Under the pieces are notes generated by a model. It saw only the letters and a list, made by a program, of their open reading frames with translations. It made no database searches and was not told where the DNA came from. Shown piece after piece: positions 36,349-44,965 of a stretch of 64,000 nucleotides of DNA. How positions within the stretch are numbered: position 1 is the stretch's first letter; every line of letters starts with the position of its first letter. The translations under genes were made by a program, and so were the position numbers. Source of the stretch: a virus (taxonomy: Duplodnaviria; Caudoviricetes); IMG/VR virus record IMGVR_UViG_3300033070_001518, positions 1 to 64,000 of that record; one strand, 5' to 3'.

Positions 36349-37178
36349 ACTTCATCGATTATATTTTTTAGAAAGTTAATAATTCTTTCCTCATCCATAT
36401 ATTCATTAGGTGTGTTATTTATTAGATATGGTTCTTTGTATAGATTTTTATACTTTTCTGAATCATTATCAAGTTCAATAATTTTTCTTATTACATCATC
36501 ATCATTTCCATATTTATGCCAGTTGATAAATGATGACTCATTGAATTCTATTTTACAAGACTCACTACCCCAATATATCGGAACACATCCACCTAACATA
36601 CCATCTATAATTTTTTCTGTGAGATATCCATTTTCTGAATAGTTCTCAAAACACATACAGAATTTATATTCTTTTAGCCATTCAATTTTATCAGATACTT
36701 TAAATCCTATGTTATTGAATGCTGATCCACCCGAATCAACTTTTTTATAAGTTGATAATTTAGAAAAAAATTCATTTCTTTTTTGAGCATTTGAATTACT
36801 ATGTATAAATGCACAAAATTTATTTCGAGTAGAAATATCCTTTTTATAGAAATAGTCTTTTTGTTCGTTGGTGGCATTTCCCCAATGTAGTTGGTAGATT
36901 GGTAGTCTAAGGTATCTTTTATCTGATGAAAATTCAAATCCTATATAGTAGTCACATCTATCAAAGTCAGATTTTATATTTTCACCAGTATAGATTATTT
37001 TTTTCTTAGCTTTTAGGCTATCGATATGCCTTCCGAATACTGATCCGAATAGTATATCTGGATCTTTATCATCTAAGATAATATTATATCCTGTTTTCAG
37101 TAACATTTTATATAGATAGAATGTTTCTGGTAAAAATCCATGCCAGAAATCTACAAATCTAACTTTAACATCCTTCAT
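36345..37178 (-). CDS. GT10 alpha-1,3/4-fucosyltransferase-like
   Basis: YKFCMCFENYSENGYLTEKI and VPIYWG. Confidence 0.88.
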   Translation of the reverse strand: MKDVKVRFVDFWHGFLPETFYLYKMLLKTGYNIILDDKDPDILFGSVFGRHIDSLKAKKKIIYTGENIKSDFDRCDYYIGFEFSSDKRYLRLPIYQLHWGNATNEQKDYFYKKDISTRNKFCAFIHSNSNAQKRNEFFSKLSTYKKVDSGGSAFNNIGFKVSDKIEWLKEYKFCMCFENYSENGYLTEKIIDGMLGGCVPIYWGSESCKIEFNESSFINWHKYGNDDDVIRKIIELDNDSEKYKNLYKEPYLINNTPNEYMDEERIINFLKNIIDEV

Positions 37179-37864
37179 GACCTCATTTCATTTTCATTTT
37201 TTAGAACTTGTACTATTCTTGGTATCCACGATTTGACAGTTGTGCAGTATGGTGATTGTTTATTGTAACAATATTCGGGGGTTAGTACTTTTGTAGAATA
37301 TAGTATAAAAAATTTATTAGAATGACTCTCGTCATGCCATTTGGCTATCAATCCCCTTGAATAATCTATATCAATTTGATTTGCTATGAATTGAAACATA
37401 TTCAACATACATCCCTTTGATCCCCCAAAAAATGCCCCAGCCATGTATTGAAAATTAATTTTATCTGATATAAATGCCAAAGACTTTGGATTATTTTCAG
37501 GTGTTCCTCTGTTACCAACGAACCACGGATGGACTACACATGTTATATCACTGAATATCTCATCATTAACAACATTTTCGAATATCATGTCACTATCTAC
37601 ATAATAGATGTAATCAAAACTATCTAGCTTACTAGAATTGTCTGTGAAATGTTTATATCTTAAAAGAGTTGGATATGGCCATGGCTTATGTTCTATTATA
37701 ATTTGATTAATCACCCTAGACGATTCTAGGGTGATTAATTCATCTGTGAATATGAAGTATTCCACTTCATGATTCTTTAGAAAAAATCGATCAGAGGTTT
37801 TTATTAAATCATTGACATATATTTTATACTTGCCAGTGGATACTATTAATAGTGCAATTTTCAC
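37175..37864 (-). CDS. GT6 (ABO/alpha-1,3-Gal(NAc) transferase-like)
   Basis: IVSTGKY, YVDSDM, GAFFGG, WHDESH. Confidence 0.88.
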   Translation of the reverse strand: MKIALLIVSTGKYKIYVNDLIKTSDRFFLKNHEVEYFIFTDELITLESSRVINQIIIEHKPWPYPTLLRYKHFTDNSSKLDSFDYIYYVDSDMIFENVVNDEIFSDITCVVHPWFVGNRGTPENNPKSLAFISDKINFQYMAGAFFGGSKGCMLNMFQFIANQIDIDYSRGLIAKWHDESHSNKFFILYSTKVLTPEYCYNKQSPYCTTVKSWIPRIVQVLKNENEMRS

Positions 37865-39966
37865 TTTTCGGTTTTTTTCCTTTTTTTCTTATCAGATATT
37901 TCCGTTTTGTCAATCTCGGGGTTATATGATAGAATTAGAACAGATCCAGATTTTGGAGATTGTTCAATTACATAGTCAGTTATTGGATCATCTATCCATC
38001 TTTGAATAGCTCTTTTTAGAGGCCTAGCTCCATATGTTGGGTCATATCCAACTTTGATCAAATGGTCTTTTAGACTTTCCTCAATAGTTATAGTAAATCC
38101 AATATTTTTGGCTCTTGCAAATGTTTTTACTAGTTCTAGGTCCACAATTTTCATTATCTCATCTTTTCCTAGATCCTTGAAATATATTATACCATCAAGT
38201 CTATTTATGAATTCTGGTGCAAACTTTTTCTTTAATTCTTTTTCGAGGGTAGATTTGATATTGATATCATGCGACTCTAATTTTGCATTTGTGCTAAATC
38301 CGACTCCAGCTCCGAAATCTTTTGCTATTCTAGTTCCAACATTGGATGTCATTAAAATAACACAATTTTTGAAGCTTATTTTTCTTCCGTGTGAATCTGA
38401 CATATACCCATCATCTAACATTTGTAAAAATAGATTTAGAACATCAGGATGGGCTTTTTCGACCTCATCAAAGAGAACAACTGAATATGGCTTTCTTCGA
38501 ATTCTATCTAGAACATTTGAATCTTCGTATCCGATATATCCCTGTGGAGATCCAATTATTTTATTAACAGAAAATTTTTCCATATATTCTGACATATCAA
38601 TTCTTATTAATGCATCATCGGAATCAAATAGATACTTGGCCAATTGCTTAGCTAGTTCAGTTTTTCCTACTCCAGAATTTCCTATTAGGATTCCCGAGTA
38701 TACTGGTTTATTCTCATCTTTCATTCCAACTCTTCCTCTCTGAATAGCTCTAACGACTTCCTTGACAGCGTCATCTTGGCCAACTACTCTTCCGGAAACA
38801 ACTTCATACATTTTTGATAGCTTTTGATTTTCAGTCTCACTTACCTTGGATAGGGGTATTCCTGTCATCATTGAAACAACTTCAGCAACATTTTCTTCAT
38901 TTACAGGTTGTCTATTTTCTTTTGATTCTTCTTCCCATTTCTGTCTAGCATCTTCTAATAGTTTATTGAGTTTTCTTTCAACATCCCTTAGTTTTGCCGC
39001 CTCTTCATATTTTTGGGCTTTTACTATCTCAGCTTTCTTTTCTTTTATTTCTTGTATTTCCTTCTCAACATCAAGAATTTCTTTGGGGACTTGTATATTT
39101 GAAATGTGGACTCTAGATCCAGCTTCATCTAGGGCATCTAGAGCTTTGTCTGGTAAAAATCTATCCGTTATGTATCTAGAAGTTAATTCCACACAAGCCT
39201 TAATAGCTTCTGGTGTGTAATTGACGCTATGGTGTGCCTCGTATTTGTCTTTAACATTATTAAGAATTTCCAAAGTCTCTTCTTCTGAAGCAGGTTCGAC
39301 CATTACTTTTTGAAATCTTCTTTCTAAAGCACCATCCTTTTCAATATATCGACGATATTCATCTATGGTTGTTGCTCCGATGATTTGAAGCTCCCCTCTT
39401 GCTAGGGCTGGTTTGAATATATTTGACGCATCAAGTGTTCCCGATGCTCCACCAGCTCCTATAATAGTGTGAATTTCATCAATAAACAATATTACGTCTC
39501 CATTTTTCTCCAATTCAGCCATAAGTGCTTTGATCCTCTCTTCGAATTGGCCTCTGTATTTAGTACCTGCGACCATTGAAGCTAAATCTAACATTACAAT
39601 TCTTTTATTAAAAAGAATTCGTGAGCATTTTCTTTGATTTATTTTAATTGCTAGTCCTTCAGCAATTGCTGATTTACCAACACCTGGTTCACCTATTAAG
39701 ATAGGGGAATTTTTTTTTCTTCTCGCTAGAATTTGAGAAACTCTTTCTATTTCTTTACCCCTTCCGACAATTGGATCTAGCTTACCCTCTTCAGCGAATC
39801 TTGTTAGATCTCGGCTATATGTGTCTAGAACAGGTGTTTTTGAAGATTGATTACTTGGCTTCTTTGTTTTTCCAAAATCATCATCCTCACCTTCATCATC
39901 AACGGAATTTTTAACTTCTTGGCTCTTTTTGATGTAATCTATTTTCATGTTTTGTATTTTTTCCAT
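37861..39966 (-). CDS. clpC: ClpC-type AAA+ unfoldase lacking the N-terminal Clp-repeat domain
   Basis: Walker A GEPGVGKS and GNSGVGKT, Walker B FIDEIH and LFDEVEKAH, UVR-like AQKYEEAAKLRD, VGF loop. Confidence 0.92.
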   Translation of the reverse strand: MEKIQNMKIDYIKKSQEVKNSVDDEGEDDDFGKTKKPSNQSSKTPVLDTYSRDLTRFAEEGKLDPIVGRGKEIERVSQILARRKKNSPILIGEPGVGKSAIAEGLAIKINQRKCSRILFNKRIVMLDLASMVAGTKYRGQFEERIKALMAELEKNGDVILFIDEIHTIIGAGGASGTLDASNIFKPALARGELQIIGATTIDEYRRYIEKDGALERRFQKVMVEPASEEETLEILNNVKDKYEAHHSVNYTPEAIKACVELTSRYITDRFLPDKALDALDEAGSRVHISNIQVPKEILDVEKEIQEIKEKKAEIVKAQKYEEAAKLRDVERKLNKLLEDARQKWEEESKENRQPVNEENVAEVVSMMTGIPLSKVSETENQKLSKMYEVVSGRVVGQDDAVKEVVRAIQRGRVGMKDENKPVYSGILIGNSGVGKTELAKQLAKYLFDSDDALIRIDMSEYMEKFSVNKIIGSPQGYIGYEDSNVLDRIRRKPYSVVLFDEVEKAHPDVLNLFLQMLDDGYMSDSHGRKISFKNCVILMTSNVGTRIAKDFGAGVGFSTNAKLESHDINIKSTLEKELKKKFAPEFINRLDGIIYFKDLGKDEIMKIVDLELVKTFARAKNIGFTITIEESLKDHLIKVGYDPTYGARPLKRAIQRWIDDPITDYVIEQSPKSGSVLILSYNPEIDKTEISDKKKRKKTEK

Positions 39967-39995
39967 ATTATTATTTTCTATTTTCGTCGATTTGT

Positions 39996-40355
39996 TTAGT
40001 CTAGTAGTTTATTTAGTACTATATCTCTTCTTTCTTGGAGGCTAATTTCTTGATAAAGATCACAAGAGAATGATAGCTTGATCTCAGTGTCGGACATATC
40101 TATCATTTTTATAAAACATCCAATTGCTTTATATCTTGAAGTGAATAAGTCAATTTTATATGATGATGTGAATGTATTTTTAGAACTTATCAAAGATTGA
40201 TTGTCCCATAAATCAACAAAAAATTTTTTATAGTTATTATTTGATATAATATCAAATGTGAATGATATGGATGTGGTGATTTGTGTACCCATATTATCAT
40301 ATTGAATCTGCTCATTTTTAAAAACAAATACTCTATCTTTAATTTTAACTAACAT
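39996..40355 (-). CDS. hypothetical protein, C-terminal RDIVLNKLL tag
   Basis: 119-aa ORF upstream of clpC. Confidence 0.65.
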   Translation of the reverse strand: MLVKIKDRVFVFKNEQIQYDNMGTQITTSISFTFDIISNNNYKKFFVDLWDNQSLISSKNTFTSSYKIDLFTSRYKAIGCFIKMIDMSDTEIKLSFSCDLYQEISLQERRDIVLNKLLD

Positions 40356-41155
40356 TTTTCTCCAAAAATCATAAATGAATTATTAAGGTCTATTCCCGAT
40401 TTAAATATATTTTTATATCTTTTTGAGATCATATAGTCGTAAATAATATTTGATGAAAATATAGTTTTGTGCTTTCTATTATTCCAAGGTCTCCAATATA
40501 ATTGGGAATAGTCAGGTAGATAGAGAAATAAAATACCACCTATTTTTAACTTTGAATACCAATAATCCAAGACATCTACCCAGTTTTCCAAATGTTCTAA
40601 ACAATGTGATGAGACAATGTAATCTAAATTTTTACATTCCATGGGAAAATGTATATCTTTATGATTATGAAAGCTATTTTTGTATTGATTAACATTTGTA
40701 TTTATACATAGATGTAAAATATTATTTTTATCTATATTTTTATTTTTAATTAACTCCTTTGTGAGTTTAATGATGTTATCTATATCATAGTCAGCTGATA
40801 TACATTCTAGATTCAAAATGATTTTATCTTTTAAATAATCTATTTTATTATGATGTCGGTATATTTTAGGTGATAGATTATTACTAAATATTCCATTTGT
40901 TCTTTCGACATGACTCATCCAAGGAATAGATCCATTTGGTGGGTCCGAAAATATATGTCCAGAATTTGGACATTGTTCGGAAAATCCCTTTATGAAAGGA
41001 TTTAATCTCCAAACTAGATTAAATATTTGGTCATTTCTGACTAAATAATTTTTGTAAAGATAAACATCATGTCCCAATTTAGAAAATTCTTCGGGAAGTG
41101 TACTTAGAGCTAAATGATCACCTAGTCCACCTTGGCAAAAAATAATTTTATCCAC
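40349..41155 (-). CDS. chimeric glycosyltransferase-like / partial Methyltransf_11 protein
   Basis: N-terminal QGGLGD; C-terminal DYIVSSHCLEHL...GGILFLYLP, with no recognisable SAM-binding GxG. Confidence 0.55.
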   Translation of the reverse strand: MDKIIFCQGGLGDHLALSTLPEEFSKLGHDVYLYKNYLVRNDQIFNLVWRLNPFIKGFSEQCPNSGHIFSDPPNGSIPWMSHVERTNGIFSNNLSPKIYRHHNKIDYLKDKIILNLECISADYDIDNIIKLTKELIKNKNIDKNNILHLCINTNVNQYKNSFHNHKDIHFPMECKNLDYIVSSHCLEHLENWVDVLDYWYSKLKIGGILFLYLPDYSQLYWRPWNNRKHKTIFSSNIIYDYMISKRYKNIFKSGIDLNNSFMIFGEKC

Positions 41156-41186
41156 AATTTTGTATTGTATGATTTATAAAAAGTTT

Positions 41187-41194
41187 TATATATA
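41187..41194 (+). promoter_or_regulatory. putative late promoter octamer
   Basis: TATATATA 4 nt before ATG 41199. Confidence 0.65.
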
Positions 41195-41198
41195 GAAA

Positions 41199-41645
41199 AT
41201 GATTAGAAATTGGAAACTCTTCTTAGACTCTACCAATTCAGATTTTGATCTAGCCAAAGATATATTTACAGAACTAGAGGATGAATTTGGATTATCAATT
41301 GATTATGATAATCGAATCGATGATGAGATGTCTTGTGTTATGACTTTATTTGGAGAATTAGAGATGGGTAATAATACTGAATTTACTAATTTTCTTTGCC
41401 TTCTATGTCATAAAGTTACAGAATTAACAAACTATATATGTCATTTTCAATTAACATTTCATTCCTCAGATATGAATATTCCGATGAGATATAGATCTAA
41501 GTTTGTTAGTTTTGATGGTGATAATTTATCACAATCTCGTACCTCGGATATAGGATATAGTTATTTTCTAGATGATGATTCGAGAAAAAAATTAAATACC
41601 GATATCTTCAAAAGGGGAACTATTTGGTTGTATATCACAGAATGA
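41199..41645 (+). CDS. putative internal head protein (paralog 1)
   Basis: MIRNWKLFLDS...KDIFTELEDEFGL. Confidence 0.6.
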   Translation: MIRNWKLFLDSTNSDFDLAKDIFTELEDEFGLSIDYDNRIDDEMSCVMTLFGELEMGNNTEFTNFLCLLCHKVTELTNYICHFQLTFHSSDMNIPMRYRSKFVSFDGDNLSQSRTSDIGYSYFLDDDSRKKLNTDIFKRGTIWLYITE

Positions 41646-42115
41646 TCAAAAATTGGAAATTGTTCTTGGAGTCATCTAACCTGGATTTAGAGGACTTAGA
41701 CATTATTAAAGAGATACTAATTGATCTAGATGATGATTTTGGTCTTGATGTTGAATATGATGTAAAAATTGATGGGTGTATTATTAATATCCATGGTAAA
41801 TTGAATGGAAGTAGAAATAATGAAATAATCTATTGTGTTAATTCATTGTGTAAAAAAATTCAAGAATTTGTAAATAGCTCTTATGAGGTTCAATTTGGAT
41901 TTGGGGATTTGGGGGTGGGAAATCGTCTTTATGTTATGTATGGGCCAAGATCGTCATATACAAATGATATCCAAAGTAAAATTCCAGATAGTTTAGAAGA
42001 TAAAATAATGTATCAATGGATAGTAGATGGTGTTGATGTGTATCGAGAAATCCCACCACAAGATTTGGATGATCGAGAATTTAGATATTGTTATATTTGG
42101 ATATATAAAAATTAA
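41642..42115 (+). CDS. putative internal head protein (paralog 2)
   Basis: MIKNWKLFLES...KEILIDLDDDFGL; the ATG overlaps the upstream stop. Confidence 0.6.
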   Translation: MIKNWKLFLESSNLDLEDLDIIKEILIDLDDDFGLDVEYDVKIDGCIINIHGKLNGSRNNEIIYCVNSLCKKIQEFVNSSYEVQFGFGDLGVGNRLYVMYGPRSSYTNDIQSKIPDSLEDKIMYQWIVDGVDVYREIPPQDLDDREFRYCYIWIYKN

Positions 42116-42194
42116 TTTGGAGTTATTTCTTTTTAGGAACATCTCCAAGAAAAAATCTGGATTCTTTTTAGCCTCACATAGTCAAGTCCATTTT

Positions 42195-42202
42195 AATATA
42201 TA
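42195..42202 (+). promoter_or_regulatory. putative late promoter octamer
   Basis: AATATATA 5 nt before ATG 42208. Confidence 0.65.
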
Positions 42203-42207
42203 TTAAA

Positions 42208-42402
42208 ATGGATATAAAGAATTGGAATCTTTATTTAGAATCTAGTAATGAATTAAATTTGGTAAAGGACATACTTACTGAGATTGAGGATAGTTTTGAA
42301 ATTTCAATTGAGTATGATGTTAGTGATGTAAATTGGTTTCTTATCGCCGATATCAATAATATGAGTGTTGATTCATCTAAAAATGATGATATGGTTAAAT
42401 AA
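42208..42402 (+). CDS. putative internal head protein (paralog 3, probably truncated)
   Basis: MDIKNWNLYLES...KDILTEIEDSF; only 64 aa versus about 150 aa for its paralogs. Confidence 0.5.
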   Translation: MDIKNWNLYLESSNELNLVKDILTEIEDSFEISIEYDVSDVNWFLIADINNMSVDSSKNDDMVK

Positions 42403-42416
42403 AGATTCATCTGTTG

Positions 42417-42570
42417 ATAATTAACTATATCTCCAAATGAATCCACCTGAGGATTTATATTTTCCTTTACAACAATCAGATATTACACTAGGTGATCCAA
42501 TAGATTCGGCAGCATTTTTCACTGAACTATATTCTTTTATAAAATTCATATCCATGTCATATTAGAATAT
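42417..42570 (-). pseudogene. NUMOD1 DNA-binding domain remnant of a homing endonuclease
   Basis: Minus frame reads *YDMDMNFIKEYSSVKNAAESIGSPSVISDCCKGKYKSSGGFIWRYS*, with in-frame stops upstream; boundaries approximate. Confidence 0.7.
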
Positions 42571-42615
42571 TAGCTTCCCCTAGTTGATTTATGTAAAATT
42601 CTAGTTACCAGGTAT

Positions 42616-43401
42616 TTATCTTTTCACCATGAAAAAAAATCCTGAGTTTGACTGAGATTTCACTTCCTCCTCTACTTCTTTAATTTCTTCTTTTCCTTGA
42701 CTAATAAGTTCGGTACTGTTGATTTTCACGGAACCGGGGAGGCTCCAGTCGTACCTTCCCACCAAATTACCCAATTGAACTTTTGACCACCCAATAACGT
42801 ATTTGATAAATAAATCATCTTTAAATAGGTGTTCAGGTAAAATTTCCGCATAAGCTTCCATTATGACATCATATTTAACATTTGTGAGGATGTGGATTCG
42901 ATGACTTAATTGATTGAAATGAAATCGAAGGGTATATTTATTCAAAGCGTTTAGCATGTCTGACATTGAATCTAATATTGTTTTATAGACACCCAATTCT
43001 CCAATTGTAGTGACATATGAGCTCAAGTAGGGTTGATTGGTGACGCCTAAATTTACAGATAGATTTGGACTGTTTATTCCTAATTGCATTAATGACTCAT
43101 TCCTGACCTCATATAAATAGATAACTGTTTGTATTTCGCATGGTACATTTATATAATTAAACTTTGTGAACTCATCCGAGTGGAAAGCTTCTTTGGATAT
43201 TCTAAAGTACATTTTTTGAACTGCGTATTGATAATTTCTATAAAACCATTTCATTGCTCTATTTTCTATAATTTGCCTGATGGCATTATCTGGTAGAGTT
43301 TTTGGTAATGAGCAAGCAACTGTTAGTTCGGTTTGAACTATATCAATTAATTCTTCTAGAGTATATCCATCTTGAGATGGTACATAAGGATGGTCTGCCA
43401 T
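42616..43401 (-). CDS. gp13: T4 gp13-like neck protein
   Basis: TLEELIDIV at the N-terminus; KYVIGWSKVQLGNLVGRYDWSLPGSVKIN...EEIKEVEEE at the C-terminus. Confidence 0.8.
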   Translation of the reverse strand: MADHPYVPSQDGYTLEELIDIVQTELTVACSLPKTLPDNAIRQIIENRAMKWFYRNYQYAVQKMYFRISKEAFHSDEFTKFNYINVPCEIQTVIYLYEVRNESLMQLGINSPNLSVNLGVTNQPYLSSYVTTIGELGVYKTILDSMSDMLNALNKYTLRFHFNQLSHRIHILTNVKYDVIMEAYAEILPEHLFKDDLFIKYVIGWSKVQLGNLVGRYDWSLPGSVKINSTELISQGKEEIKEVEEEVKSQSNSGFFFMVKR

Positions 43402-43405
43402 ATTC

Positions 43406-43413
43406 TATATATT
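43406..43413 (-). promoter_or_regulatory. putative late promoter octamer (divergent pair)
   Basis: AATATATA 4 nt before ATG 43401. Confidence 0.65.
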
Positions 43414-43428
43414 AATCTTTGCAAATTG

Positions 43429-43436
43429 AATATATA
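43429..43436 (+). promoter_or_regulatory. putative late promoter octamer (divergent pair)
   Basis: AATATATA 4 nt before ATG 43441. Confidence 0.65.
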
Positions 43437-43440
43437 AAAT

Positions 43441-43983
43441 ATGATTATTAAAAGATTTAATGAATCTAATGAGGATTATAATTTAGGAATTTTGAGTGAT
43501 ATATTTCATTCCTTGGATGATGTCCATAATGTTAAAATTCTACTTAATAAATTTAAAATAGATGATATAAAAGTTAAATCTTCATCATATGATTGTCCCC
43601 ATTATGCTGATCTAATAAGTAATGTAATAGACAAATTGGAAGATGTTCGAATATCCCCTAATTATATAAAATCATATATTGAGAATGGGTCCTATCATAA
43701 GCAGTTTAATCAGCGACCACTCAATGAGTGGGATTCTTCAGACGCATGTCACCTAAGTAATGAGACAAATTTATTAATAGAAAAGTATAGAAATTCTAGT
43801 TTTTATAGAGTTTATATATCCCCACGATTTAATACTAATAATGATTATAAGGAATCAAAAAAACTATTGAAAGATATTAAAGATTTATTGTCAATAACAA
43901 AGTCTTATAACCTATCATTGGTTTTTAGTTATAGTTTGGAGTGGATTACTCCTTTTGGGGAGGCGGTTCTGATATTTGTTTAG
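43441..43983 (+). CDS. putative internal head protein
   Basis: MIIKRFNES...LSDIFHSLDD. Confidence 0.6.
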   Translation: MIIKRFNESNEDYNLGILSDIFHSLDDVHNVKILLNKFKIDDIKVKSSSYDCPHYADLISNVIDKLEDVRISPNYIKSYIENGSYHKQFNQRPLNEWDSSDACHLSNETNLLIEKYRNSSFYRVYISPRFNTNNDYKESKKLLKDIKDLLSITKSYNLSLVFSYSLEWITPFGEAVLIFV

Positions 43984-44965
43984 TTTTCCAAAAAGAATAT
44001 ATTCCCTTTTCAATTTCAAAATTATCCCAAGTGAATGTTTTTCTTTTGGGTTGAATTTTTGCCCAATTCCACATTTCGGTTAATCCCTGTTCCAAATCGA
44101 TTGTATCTTTATAGTTTAATAAATCCATAGATTTTTTATAAGTTGGGTATGAATATTTGGATTCATGTCTTTCTTCTTTATAAATAACATCACCATCACC
44201 AATTATTTTTCTTAATATACTATTTGCTTCGTTGATTGAATATGATTTAGTACCTCCTATGTTTATTATTTGCTTGGATGTATTTTCTTGAATTGCGCAT
44301 TTCCAAAAAGGTTCTAAACAATCATCTATATAGGAAAATGATCTTGTTTGATTTCCATCTCCGAATATTGTCATTGGTTCGTTATTTATATACTGGTTCA
44401 TCCATATTCCCAAGACATTTCTATATTTGTCCCAGATATTTTGATTTACTCCATAAACGTTATGTGGTCTTATTATTGTCCAATCCAATCCGTGTTGATC
44501 GCCAGCTATTTTTATATCTTCTTCACAGGCAAATTTGGCTATCCCGTATGGATCAATCGGCATTGGTTGGTGAGTTTCATCAAATGGTGGATTTCCAACT
44601 CCATAGACAGCCATACTTGAAGTGAAAATTAGCCTTTTAACATCATATGTAATACAGTTATTAACAATATTTGAAGTTGCGACTAGATTATTTTGATAGT
44701 TAAATTTCCTTATGAAGGGTGATAATCCCTCAGCGGCATAAGCGGCAAAATGAAATACATAAACTGGTTTGTATAGATTAAATATATCATCTAAAGATTT
44801 ATTTATATCTCGATTTATGAATACAATTCTTTTATCAACATTTTCTTTATACCCCCCACTCAAATCATCTATTCCTACTATTTTATAATCTGGTTGATTA
44901 TTAAGTATCCATGTTGCCATTCTCGATCCAATGAATCCCGCAACTCCTGTTATTAATATGTTCAT
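43946..44965 (-). CDS. NAD-dependent sugar epimerase/dehydratase
   Basis: TGVAGFIG, TSSMAVYG, YGIAK, RPHNVYG. Confidence 0.9.
   Translation of the reverse strand: MNILITGVAGFIGSRMATWILNNQPDYKIVGIDDLSGGYKENVDKRIVFINRDINKSLDDIFNLYKPVYVFHFAAYAAEGLSPFIRKFNYQNNLVATSNIVNNCITYDVKRLIFTSSMAVYGVGNPPFDETHQPMPIDPYGIAKFACEEDIKIAGDQHGLDWTIIRPHNVYGVNQNIWDKYRNVLGIWMNQYINNEPMTIFGDGNQTRSFSYIDDCLEPFWKCAIQENTSKQIINIGGTKSYSINEANSILRKIIGDGDVIYKEERHESKYSYPTYKKSMDLLNYKDTIDLEQGLTEMWNWAKIQPKRKTFTWDNFEIEKGIYSFWKTKQISEPPPQKE

Noticed and set aside
38054-39220. Plus-strand ORFs of 229 aa and 124 aa
   Set aside because: They are antisense shadows of clpC, with no motifs or promoter.
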